DNA from: Azolla caroliniana | Taxonomy: Eukaryota; Plantae; Polypodiophyta | Reading direction: 5' to 3' | Assembly: GCA_043228905.1 (NCBI GenBank) | Contig: JBHGNT010000004.1 | Span: forward strand, 3,720,001 to 3,784,000 | Length of the DNA: 64,000 nucleotides | Shown: positions 26,175-36,940 of the stretch, in pieces | How the letters are laid out: each line of letters begins with the position of its first letter | How positions within the stretch are numbered: position 1 is the first letter of the stretch | Notes under the pieces: generated by a model | Told to the model about the DNA's origin: nothing | The model's database searches: none | Seen by the model: the letters and a program-made list of their open reading frames with translations, nothing else | Position numbers and translations under genes: made by a program

Positions 26175-26777
26175 TAGATTCACAGGGACACGGCCCTTCG
26201 AAGCAAAGACACGAATGGGACAGCGACACGGAAAGACACGGAAGTATGTATGTATTGACAAGACAAACAACAAGAACACGAAGACAACAAACACGAAGAC
26301 GGTTACAACCGCACAGGCCGGCGGACAGATGCCGATACCTGTTCGTAAACGCACAGAAAGACAGGAACAGGTTGGAGGTGCTGCCGGAAGCACTCGGGCA
26401 TTCCTCAGAGCAGCGCGAGCCTCCCGAAACCTGCACAGAAGGAAGCTATGGAGTCTGCGAACCAGAGAGAGAGAGAGAGAAGCCTTCGCGCCCAGTCCGA
26501 CAACACTTCTTCCTCGACTCTCCGCCCTCCCCCTCGCGCCCTCCTAGTCTCCCTCCTTTTATAGGCAAGGAAGGAGCCGTTTCCCCTTTACTCCCTACCT
26601 ACCGAATCTACCTAGGATCTCCTATGTACAACTTAAGGCGCACGTGCATGAAGAGTCGGTTTCTACGCTCCGATGCACCGATTCCGCTCGTGGACGGTTT
26701 TCTTCACGACATCCGCCCCCACCTAACCGCGCATCCACCGGCATGCGCCAATTTGTGTTGGGATGGAGAAAACCGGT

Positions 26778-29700
26778 CTAGCCTTCATTCCCGCCCGTCG
26801 GTTCTTCCTCGGTTTCGGATCGTTCGTCGTCCCGGTCCAGGTTAACCGGATCCGGCTCGTCGTCGTGACGCTTCTTGAACGTCTTGATCCGCTTCTCAGC
26901 TACCGGTATCGCCATTCTCGTACCGTCGAGTTCCGCCAGATGGTACGTCCCGTTGTCGTTGGCGCTTTGTACCACGTAAGGCCCGAACCACCTTCTTGCG
27001 AACTTCCGTGTCGCTCGGTGCTGGTTGTCGAGGTTGCTGTCGTAGACTAGCACCCAGTCGCCTTCCTCGATCTTCTTCGGTCGGAGCCGGTGTGTTCGGT
27101 CGAACCGGGCTTTGTTCCTCATCCTTGCTTCCCGAAGCTTTTCCGCAGCCTGCTCCACGTCCTCCGGTCTCCGCTCGAGCTGTCGTATGCGCGCCGTCAG
27201 CAGTTCCTCCCGGCTCATCTCGTCTCTCCAGTCCACGGTTGCCCATGAGGAGACCGTACGTTCGATCGGCATGATCGGCTTCTGCCCGAACATGAGCTCT
27301 GCCGGCATGAATCCGGTTACCGAACTGTGCGTAGTCCGGTCAGCCCACAACGCGTAAGGCAGTAGCCGCGGCCAGTTCCCGACTCGACCTCCGCATGCCC
27401 GAACTAACGCCTTGACGATCGGTCCATGTCCGCGCTCCACCTTTCCATTCGCCTCCGGATTGTACGCAGTGGTAAGCGAGAGCTTGACTCCTAGCCGGTC
27501 GAACAGCTCCTCGGCCTCTTCGGCGTCCAACTCCCCACGATCAGCCACGATCTTTCCGACGCACCCGTACCGGCATATTACGTCCTCGAGCAGGAACCGA
27601 CATACGGCCGCAGTCGTTTTGTTCTGAAGGGCCCGGCCTTCCACCTGGTTCGTTAGATCTTCCCGAGCCAGGACCAGATACCGCATCTGTCCTACTCCTA
27701 TCGGCATCATTACCAGGTCTACCATCCATTTGAAGTGGATGGTCGGAGGGTACGTAGGGTGAAGTTCGTCCCGGTGTCGGACTATGGAGTGCATCTGACA
27801 GCTCTCGCAAGTCGCCACGAATCGACGCACGTCCCGGTACAGTCCCGGCCACCAGTACTTCCCCTTTATCTTCTCGAACGTGGCCCAGGTTCCACGGTGT
27901 ACGGCCCAAGGGCTGTCGTGGTAGGCCGTCAGCAGCTCCTCCTGTTCTTCCTTCATCGCCACCACCCGGAGCGGAGCGCCGTCCCTCTTCTTCGGGTGCT
28001 TCCATAAGTATCCGTCCCGGAGAAAGAATCAGTAAGCTTTCTTCCAGAACCGGTTGGCCTCGTCCTTCATCCATGACGCATCCGGCGTCATTGTCCTCAA
28101 GAAGCCACCGATCTGGAGCCACTCTCCGTCGTACTTGCTCTCGTCGAAGTCGTTAAGTGCCGGAGCGCTCGTCCCATCGGTCGTCACGTACGCCGCCTCG
28201 AAGAAGTCCACGCCGACTTCTTCGTCCTCCGAAACCATGTCGCCCTCGTCATCAAACCTCGCCCTCGAAAGCATGTCGGCCATGGCGTTGTCCTTTCCGG
28301 AAATGTGTCGTATCTCCGGGTCCAGGGACTTGATGTACGCTATCCACCTGAGCATCGCCAGGTCCGGTGTCGCGCATCCGGAAACCATGCCGAGAATCGG
28401 CAGGCAATCTGTCTCGATAATCACTCCTGCCCCGATCAGGTAGTCTTTGTCCGTCTTTACCGCCGAAACGATACCCCAGAGTTCGCGTTTAACCTGGGCG
28501 TACCCTCGTTGTCGCTCACTGAGGACCTTAGCGCCGAATCGGATTGGGAACCGGGTGTCGTTCTCGTCTTCTTGGTTGACGACCCATCCGATCCCGGTCG
28601 GGCTCGTATCCACCGTTATGTATACCGGGGTACCCTTCTCGTAGACAGCCTTCCGGAGCGTCGGTGCTGCCGTAAGAGCTTCCTTCAGCTTCCGGACCGA
28701 CCCCGTGTGCTCGTCTCGCCACTCGAATTTTTGCCCTTTCTTCAGCAACCCGTATAGCGGCTCCGCAACGTGGGTGTAATGCGGGATCCATATGTGGTAG
28801 AATGCGCATGCCCCCAGGAACCTCCGAACTTCCGTAACCGAGCTACAGTCGGTCTTCATCGCGGAGATGGCTTCTACCTTTGCCGGAGACGGCTTCCGAC
28901 CATAAGGTCCACATAGGTGTCCGACCACCAGGATTTCCGATTGCCCGAAGGCCGATTTCTCCCCGGAGAAGGTGAGCCTCGCATCCTCCAGCCTCTGTAG
29001 CACCTTCTCGCAGTCGTCGATGTGTGTCGCTACGAATCGCCGACATCCGTCCGGCCCGACTGTCTCGTCCTTCTCCTCCACCGGGCACCCTTTGATAGGG
29101 ATGTCGTCTAGAAACGGCATGGTGATGTCCGGGATGCAATCCCTCAGTACCTTGTTCATTGCATTCACCATGTGGGCCACCGAGTTGGTCCCTCCCTGTG
29201 GCAGGGTACACATTCGCACTAGGCCGAGGGGAGTTCGCATCGTCGTAATGTCTCTGCTCTCCACGGCTAGCTGGAACTGGTCGTACCCTGAGTACAGATC
29301 ACCGACCGAGTAAATCGACCTTCCGGCAAAGGCCTCCGCGAACTCGTCTATGGTCGGTCCGATTCCTGCGTTTCGAATGGTCACTCTGTTGACCAGCTGC
29401 AGGTCTTGAATGAAGCGCAGCGTTCTGTTTTTCTTCGGTACGGTAAACCATCGGTTCGAGTATGGGGCACTCGACGGTTCAAGAATGCCCATATCTACTT
29501 TCTGCCTCAATAGCTCCATCAACTTCGGGATGTGAGCTCTCGGTACCGGGATCGGCTTGAGATTCCACGGCACATGCGGTACCGTGAATATCACCATCGG
29601 CTCCACGATCGTCGGCTCTACGCACCCGATCTCTTCCGGCGAGAATGCGAAGGCTTTCCCGTGCCTTCCGAGCATCCTCCGAAACCAGTCTTCCTCCGCC

Positions 29701-30257
29701 GGCAGTAGGAACCCGCCCCCACCGATTTTGAGCTCCCGAAGCGTCCCGTCGGTGAAGGTGTGACCTATGCAGGCCGGATCTCGTAAACTGGGGTCCGACG
29801 CAACCCCTCGGATCCGAGACTCGCTGCCCTCCGGTAAGGGTGCCGCGACTGGCCTTACCTTCCGGTCCACAGTCTTATACTTTGTGCTAACTCGGGCCGT
29901 CCGATCCGACCCGAGCCCCCAACTGAAGTCCGCGATGACTTCGTACATCTCTTCGGAACATACCGGTATCGTCCGGTCTTCGTTAAGGTCTTCTCCGGCA
30001 ACCTTCCTCAGCATCCCTAAGGTGTCGTCGAAGGAGACCGCCTCCACGGCTCCGCTGATTTCCTCGTCCGGGCCGAGAACTCCGCACGCTCGAAGTCGCT
30101 CTTCCGCCCTTGTCTTTTCTCGGCCAACGATGCCGACCATCATACACCCTCCGTTGTCGGAGAAGCAAAATTCCCTACTTATCGTACAGTCGTGGGGTCT
30201 TTTCCGAGTGTCCGGGCTGTCTCGGCCCCACGCCTTGGCAGCCCTCTCTAAAAATCC
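26778..30257 (-). pseudogene. pol (RT-RNase H-integrase) of element D, one in-frame stop
   Basis: ORFs 28029-30143 and 26778-27965 are in the same frame, separated by one TGA (likely CGA>TGA). The frame is open back to the slippery site at 30257. No chromodomain. Confidence 0.93.
30191..30257 (-). promoter_or_regulatory. Putative -1 programmed ribosomal frameshift signal (slippery heptamer plus H-type pseudoknot)
   Basis: G GAT TTT TAG, 6-nt spacer, stem1 GGGCTG/CAGCCC, stem2 CGTGGGG/CCCCACG; the -1 frame runs into pol. Confidence 0.75.
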
Positions 30258-30468
30258 TCCCGGTTCTTGCCACCGAGGGACTCACGGTTTCTCTCATGGT
30301 TTGGCCGCACCGTCAAAAATTGCCGAAGCCATGGCCTCTGCAAGATCTGACCCCCTCATCTTCTGCTCTTCTGCCGCCTCTTCACGTCGGGTTCACCAAA
30401 TATGTCGAGGTATTCCTCGCGGATGCGTGGAGTGAGGCGGGACCTCGGGGGCCCTGTACCAAAGAGTA

Positions 30469-30500
<32 letters not shown>

Positions 30501-31399
30501 TAGATTCACAGGGACACGGCCCTTCGAAGCAAAGACACGAATGGGACAGCGACACGGAAAGACACGGAAGTATGTATGTATTGACAAGACAAACAACAAG
30601 AACACGAAGACAACAAACACGAAGATGGTTACAACGGCACAGGCCGGCGGACAGATGCCGATACCTGTTCGTAAACGCACAAAAAGACAGGAACAGGTTG
30701 GAGGTGCTGTCGGAAGCACTCGGGCATTCCTCAGAGCAGCGCGAGCCTCCCGAAACCTGCACAGAAGGAAGCTATGGAGTCTGCGAACCAGAGAGAGAGA
30801 GAGAGAAGCCTTAGCGCCCAGTCCGACAGCACTTCGTCCTCGACTCTCTGCCCTCCCCCTCGCGCCCTCCTCGTCTCCCTCCTTTTATAGGCAAGGAAGG
30901 AGCCGTTTCCCCTTTACTCCCTACCTACCGAATCTACCTAGGATCTCCTATGTACAACTTAAGGCGCACGTGCATGAAGAGTCGGTTTCTACGCTCCGGT
31001 GCACCGATTCCGCTCGTGGACGGTTTTCTTCACGACAACGTTGAAGGAACAATACTCCCATCAAGAACAGGTAGTTAGTTGCCTTAAGAAGTAGCTACAT
31101 TTTGCGGAGGGGATAGTGAGTAGACAAGAATTGGACCTAAACATTCTAGCTCCCTTACCAAATGAAGGAGAACTAGGAAATGATATATTGACTTTTCAAG
31201 CACGTTGCATCGCTTGTGGATTACGTGTAGAGGACAAATGTGCTACTCTATTGGTTCACCTACAACCATGCCAACACACATACCATATTGTTTGTTTTCA
31301 ATATGCCTGTCGCATTACTGCATTCTGTTTGGGGGATTGTAGTACAGCTCTCCCAGATGAGTGGAGAAAACTAACAGGTAAAATTGCTACTTGTGACCA

Positions 31400-31790
31400 T
31401 AGTGTAGCTAATTAGTTCCATCTTTGCTAATTAGGTAAGCCGTATAAAGTGTGGAAACTATTTAGCTGTTATGGTTGTAGTGTAGTAGCTAATTAGCTAA
31501 CATGTAGTTAATTAGCTAAGTGGTAGCTAATTAGCTACTACCATACTTTAGCTGAGTAGCTAATTAGCTAAGTGGTAGCCAATTAGCTACTACCATACGT
31601 TAGCTGAGTAGTTAATAAGCTAAGTGCAAGCTAATTAGCTACTACCATAGTTTAATACAGTACTTAGCTAATTAGCTACTATCATAGTTTAATACAGTAC
31701 TTAGCTCATTAGCTACTACCATAGTTTAGTACAGTAGCTAATTAGCTACTACCATACGTTAACTTAGTAGCTAATTAGCTACCACGTATT
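31400..31790. repeat. Subterminal tandem array built on the palindrome TAGCTAATTAGCTA
   Basis: More than ten exact or near copies, in ~40-bp higher-order units. Confidence 0.9.
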
Positions 31791-32362
31791 TCTAGAGAGT
31801 GCTTGCATCTCCTCATTCATCATTTCAACCCATCGTGGGTCCTTCATGGCTTCAGAAAAAGTTTCTGTCTCTCAAATTGTTGTCACCTTCACCATAAAAG
31901 CATAATGATATGCCATGTAGTCATTGTAGCCGAATCGGCTCACTACGTTCTTCTCTCAGGTGGACCAACGTGGTCGTTCACTTGGCTTTGTGAACGCTTT
32001 CTCGGTTCCTGATGTCCTCATGATAGGCACATCCAATCCACCATACCAATGTTGGGCAACTGATCCGATTTTTTTCCATCTGATTCTTCGTAATCAGGCA
32101 TTTTGGCCTTCCCTTTGTCCAGTTTTGGACTTGGCCACGACGTGCTTTGGTCGCTTGGAGGCTCCTGTGGTCCACTCAACCTTGTTGAGATGGGACTCTC
32201 CTCGGGCATGAGCCTTAGTTGATCATCCTCCTTTGAGTCTATATCAAAATCGGTTTCGATTGGATCAGATGGAGTTGGGTCGACTATGTACCAATATACT
32301 GACTCGTCGAATACTGTTGGGAGACAGGTCCCTCCGGATGGGAAGGAAGAAGAACAGTGCCG

Positions 32363-35068
32363 ATGAACAAACTTGCAGACGACAACCTCATTCCAGTGAA
32401 GAACGTGCACTTAGAGAAGTGCACTGATTGTCTGGCCGGTAAGCAGAACCGAACCTCCTTCCGACCAAGGCCACCGATGAGACGTAATGCACCACTGGAG
32501 TTGGTGCATACGGATGTGTGTCAGGTAGACACGAAGTCACATGCCGGAGCGCAGTACTTCGTGACGTTCATAGATGACCACAGCCGAAAGCTGTGGGCCA
32601 CACCGTTGAAGACGAAGGATCAGGTGTTATCCGTCTTCAAAGAGCTCCACGCGAGAGTGGAAAGAGAAACCGGCCAGAAGCTGAAGGCGGTTCGAGCATA
32701 TAACGGAGGAGAGTATCGGGGGTAGTTCGAGGAGTACTGCCGCTCGAAGGGAATCCGGCTCGAATTTACCGTGCCGAAGACGCCGGAACTAAACGGACTG
32801 GCCGAGAGGATGAACCGGACCATAATGGAGAGGGTCCGGAGTATGCTAGCGCATGCAAAACTACCCAAGAAGTTTTGGGCTGAGGCACTGTCGACGGCGA
32901 CATATGTAATAAATAGATCACCCTCAGTACCTTTGGACGGAGACACGCCACAGAGAATATGGACCGGTAAGGAAGTGTCCTACCGGCATCTGAGGGTGTT
33001 CGGGTGTCTCGCGTACATGCATGTAGCAAAGGACCGGAGAGGAAAGTTAGATCCAAAGACCCGGCCATGCATATTCCTCGGTTACGGTGACGATGAGTTC
33101 GGCTACCGAGTGTGGGACCCGGTCGACCAGAAAGTATTCCGGAGTCGAGATATTATCTTCATGGAGGACAAGACGCTCGCCAATTGGGAGTCGGAGAAGA
33201 AGATAATGAACTCCGAGTCGACCGGTAAGGATAGACTCTACAATGAGCAGACCCAACCGGCAAGAGACCGGTTAGCACTCGAGGAACCAGCCAGTTACTG
33301 TGAGGATACCGAACCAATAGAAGAAGAAGTAGAGGAAGCTGAGACCGGAACCAGCCAAGACCCCGAATCGGATTCGGATGAAGAGCAAATGGAGGAGCCG
33401 GTTACCGAAGCTCGAAGACGTAGATATCCTCTCAGAGAGAGAAGGGCGCCCCGGAGATTTCCGAATGCAGAGCATGTTCTGCTGACCGATGAGGGGGAGC
33501 CGGAAAGCTTCGAAGAAGCGAAGGAAGACACCCACAGCCGAAAATGGTTAAGTGCCATGCAGGATGAGATGGATTCCCTGCATGAGAACCATACGTACGA
33601 ATTGGTGGAGTTGCCGAAAGGAAAGCGGGCACTCCGAAACAAGTGGGTGTACAAGTTGAAACCGGGAGATGCCGGCAACCCCCCGAGATACAAATCCAGG
33701 ATCGTGGTGAAGGGGTTCCAGCAGAAGAAGGGCGTGGACTTCGACGAGATATTTGCCCCGGTAGTAAAGATGACCTCCATCCGGACTGTGCTAAGTATAG
33801 CAGCAAGCATGGACCTTGAGGTAGAGCAGCTGGACGTGAAGACGGCATTCCTTCACGGCGACCTCGAAGAGGAGATCTACATGCAGCAATTGGAAGGATT
33901 TGTGGAGAAAGGGAAGGAGCACCTGGTATGCCGGTTGAAGAAGAGCCTGTACGGACTGAAGCAGGCTCCCCGGCAATGGTACCGGAAGTTCGACTCCTTC
34001 ATGACCGATCAAGGGTACCACAAGACGCAGGCCGATCACCGCGTGTTTGTGAAGAAGTTCGAAGGAGGGGACTTCCTGATACTCCTCCTGTACGTGGATG
34101 ACATGTTGATCGTCGGACGAGACCAAGTAAAAATACGGATGCTGAAGAAGGCTCTCAACCGGACCTTCTCAATGAAAGACTTGGGTCCGGCAAGACAGAT
34201 GTTGGGGATGCACATCATTCGGGACCGGTTAAAGAAGCAACTATGGTTGTCACAGGAGAAGTATGTGACAAAGGTGCTTCACCGGTTCAACATGTCAGAA
34301 GCAAAACTGGTCGGCTCGACACTTCCGGCAAACTGCAAGCTCTCCGGTAAGCAAAGCCCGAAGACGAAAGCAGAGAAGGCGGATATGATGAAGATTCCAT
34401 ATGCCTCTGCCGTCGGGAGCTTGATGTACGCAATGGTTTGTACCCGACCAGACATAGGATACGCACTCGGAGTGGTGAGCCGGTTTATGAGCAATCCCGG
34501 CAAGGAGCACTGGAACGCGGTCAAACGGATACTCCGGTATTTGAAGGGCACTTCAAATATCTGTCTCCGATTCGGCTCCGGAAAACCTCAACTGGACGGT
34601 TTCACCGATTCGGACATGTCAGCTGATGTGGATACCAGCCAGTCTACATCCGAGTATGTAATGACATATGCAGGAGGAGCTGTTTCGTGGCAGTCGAGGC
34701 TGCAGAAGACGGTTGCATTGTCAACCACGGAGGCGGAGTACATGGCGGCTGTGGAAGCTGGCAAGGAAATTTTATGGATGAAGGACTTCATCGGAGAGCT
34801 CGGTAAACAGCAAGAGGAATACTGACTCTATTGCGACAGTCAAAGTGCCATCCACCTTGCTAAGAATGCGGCCTACCATTCCCGGACGAAGCATATCCAG
34901 CGGAGGTATCACTGGATCCGGGAAAGAGTAGATGACCAGGAGTTCGCACTGACGAAGATCCACACGGCCGAGAACGGGTCAGATATGCTGACCAAAGTGC
35001 TGACACCCGACAAGCTAGACGCATGCCGGAAGAGGATCGGACTGGTAAGACACCCCATGCCGGAGTGA
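32363..35068 (+). pseudogene. INT-RT-RNase H of element E
   Basis: ORFs 32357-32725 and 32771-34825 are near-colinear with the element C protein; two in-frame stops. Confidence 0.93.
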
Positions 35069-35164
35069 AGGGGGAGTTTGTTGGGAGACAGGTCCCTCCG
35101 GATGGGAAGGAAGAAGAACAGTGCCGATGAACAAACTCGGTCGAGGCCGATAGGCCGAGGCCGA

Positions 35165-35522
35165 AACCGGATGAGGAGTACCCGACTACGGAGAGCCGGA
35201 TGGTGCAGGCTCGGTATGAACTGGATGAGGAGTACCCGGCTCTACCGGATGAGGAGTACCCGGCTACGAAGAGTCGGATGGTGCAGGCCCGGTATGAACC
35301 GGATGAGGAGTACCCGGCTACGGAGAGCCGGATGGTGCAGGCCCGGTATGAACCGGATGAGGAGTACCCAACTACGGAGAGCCGGATGGTGCAGGCCCGG
35401 AATGAACCGGATGAGGAGTACCCAGCTACGGAGAGCCGGATGGTGCAGGCCCGGTATGAACCGGATGAGGAGTACCCGGCTATGGAGAGTCGGATGGTAC
35501 AGACCCGGTGAGAACCGGATGA
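35165..35522 (+). repeat. 54-bp tandem repeat (~6 copies) in U3 of the element E LTR
   Basis: Unit GAACCGGATGAGGAGTACCCGGCTACGGAGAGCCGGATGGTGCAGGCCCGGTAT, upstream of TATAAATA at ~35597. Confidence 0.92.
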
Positions 35523-36814
35523 AGAGACATATTCGTAAATATGTTTCGGAGAGCCCATCGAGGCTACATTTGTAAATAGCCGAAAAGTCATATTAGTATA
35601 AATATGACTTAGGGCAAACTTTTAATTAGTTGTTGTTGTTACTTTTCTTGTTGGTGCAAGAAGAAGAGAGAGCACGTAATAGTGTACAGAGTGAGAGAGA
35701 GAGAGAAAGAGGTCGTTGCCTCTGTTGTAACCGCCGCCTGTGGCGAAGAGCGTGAGTCCGAGGTCGTTGCCTCCGAGAACTCACTGTTTTGTACATTCAT
35801 ACATAGTGACAGTTTGCAGCCTGTGGGCTGCCATGGTTTTTCCCCCTAGTTTGGGGTTTTCCACGTAAACCTCCTGTGTAGTGTGTGTATCTTCCTCTCC
35901 TTTGTATCGTGTTTTATTTCCCGTTTTTCTATGTATGAAAAGAATCTCGGCTGTGGCCGAGTGTTGGACATAAGGAACGTTGGGTTCTCGTCAAATACGA
36001 CATCCCTACTCACTCGTACCTTGTTGGTAGAGGGGTTGAAGCACTTATACCCCTTATGTTCGAGCGAGTTCCCCACGAGGATATACTTCTACGATTTTGG
36101 ATCAAGCTTTTGCCGCTTTTCATTGGGAATATGTACGAATACGATAGAGCCGAATATCCTAATGTGGGATAAGTCCAGCTGCTTTCAGACATAAAACTTC
36201 TTGTGGGGAGTAATATCGTGCACTCCGAATGTTGTGCAGCGATTCATTAGATAGACGGTCATGTTCGTCGCGTCAGCCCAGTATTATTTCGGCAGATGTT
36301 TCTCATTCATCATTGCCCTTGCCACTTCGAGTATATGCTCGTTCTTTCGTTCGGTTACTCTGTTCTGTTGAGGTGTGTGTCAACAAGTGAACTCCTGCCA
36401 AATTCCTTCTTGTCAAAGGTATGTTGTGAAGGCATCAGAGGAATATTCCTTGCCACCATCCGATAGAAGGCATCGAACATGCCAACCAGTTCCCTTTTCG
36501 ACTTTTTTGAAGCGCAAGAACACTTCACTCTCCTGGCGCATTCAAAATATCCAGGTGTGCTTGGAGAAGTCATAGATGACCAATGTTGTCGTTTGGGCTA
36601 GTCCCCATACATCTGAATGTGTTACATCCAGGATCCCTTTGCTCACGTTCCTCTCTTTCGGGAACGGTTGACGATGTTATTTGCCAAACTGGCAGGCTTC
36701 GCATACACTTGTAAACTCCTTCTCAGTAAAGGTCAGGAGTCCCATGACGACTCCTTTCGACTGCATTCCTTTGTGGCTGATTAATGTGGCCAATTCTTTT
36801 GTGCCATAGCTCTA

Positions 36815-36889
36815 TGTAAAGAAATGAGGAGCAAGAGTGGCTGAGATGCAGCGGAAGGACTCTGTGTGTGTGTGTGTACGTAAGGCAAA

Positions 36890-36940
<51 letters not shown>

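Larger units (their letters stand above)
26057..31037 (-). mobile_element. Element D: tRNA-Trp-primed Ty3/gypsy element lacking gag and protease
   Basis: LTRs 26057-26711 and 30403-31037; TSD ACGT. PBS TGGTGAACCCGACGTGAA 30381-30398; PPT 26712-26723. The gag start MRGSDLAEAMASAI is fused to the protease tail LTVRPNHERNRE. Confidence 0.96.
25107..31415 (+). pseudogene. Cargo gene of the CACTA-like element: uncharacterised helical domain plus C-terminal RING-H2; interrupted by element D
   Basis: Exon ~25107-25787 (..NNELPVSFARAFAYE..VAWAIYGE.., internal stops). 31116-31415 encodes CIAC..CQHTYHIVC..CLGDC. Possible upstream exon ends CCAG|GTATGT at ~19296. Confidence 0.6.
18910..31801 (+). mobile_element. 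CACTA/EnSpm-like DNA transposon remnant carrying a cargo gene; hosts elements C and D
   Basis: Right end ..TTTCTAGAGAGTG (CACTC variant) preceded by a dense array of palindromic TAGCTAATTAGCTA; the same motif occurs at 18925-18978. Left TIR and TSD not found. Confidence 0.55.
32315..35993 (+). mobile_element. Element E: Tork/Tnt1-like copia related to C, with 5' deletion
   Basis: TSD AATAC; 3' LTR 35079-35993; PPT ~35066-35078. Only 59 bp of the 5' LTR remain, fused to integrase. Confidence 0.95.

Noticed and set aside
31790-31797. CTAG as a Helitron 3' end
   Set aside because: Not followed by T and no GC hairpin upstream; the GAGTG terminus fits a CACTA-type end better.
34860-35591. Repetitive ORFs (e.g. 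MVQARYEPDEEYPATESR repeats)
   Set aside because: By-product of a 54-bp unit (a multiple of 3) inside an LTR.
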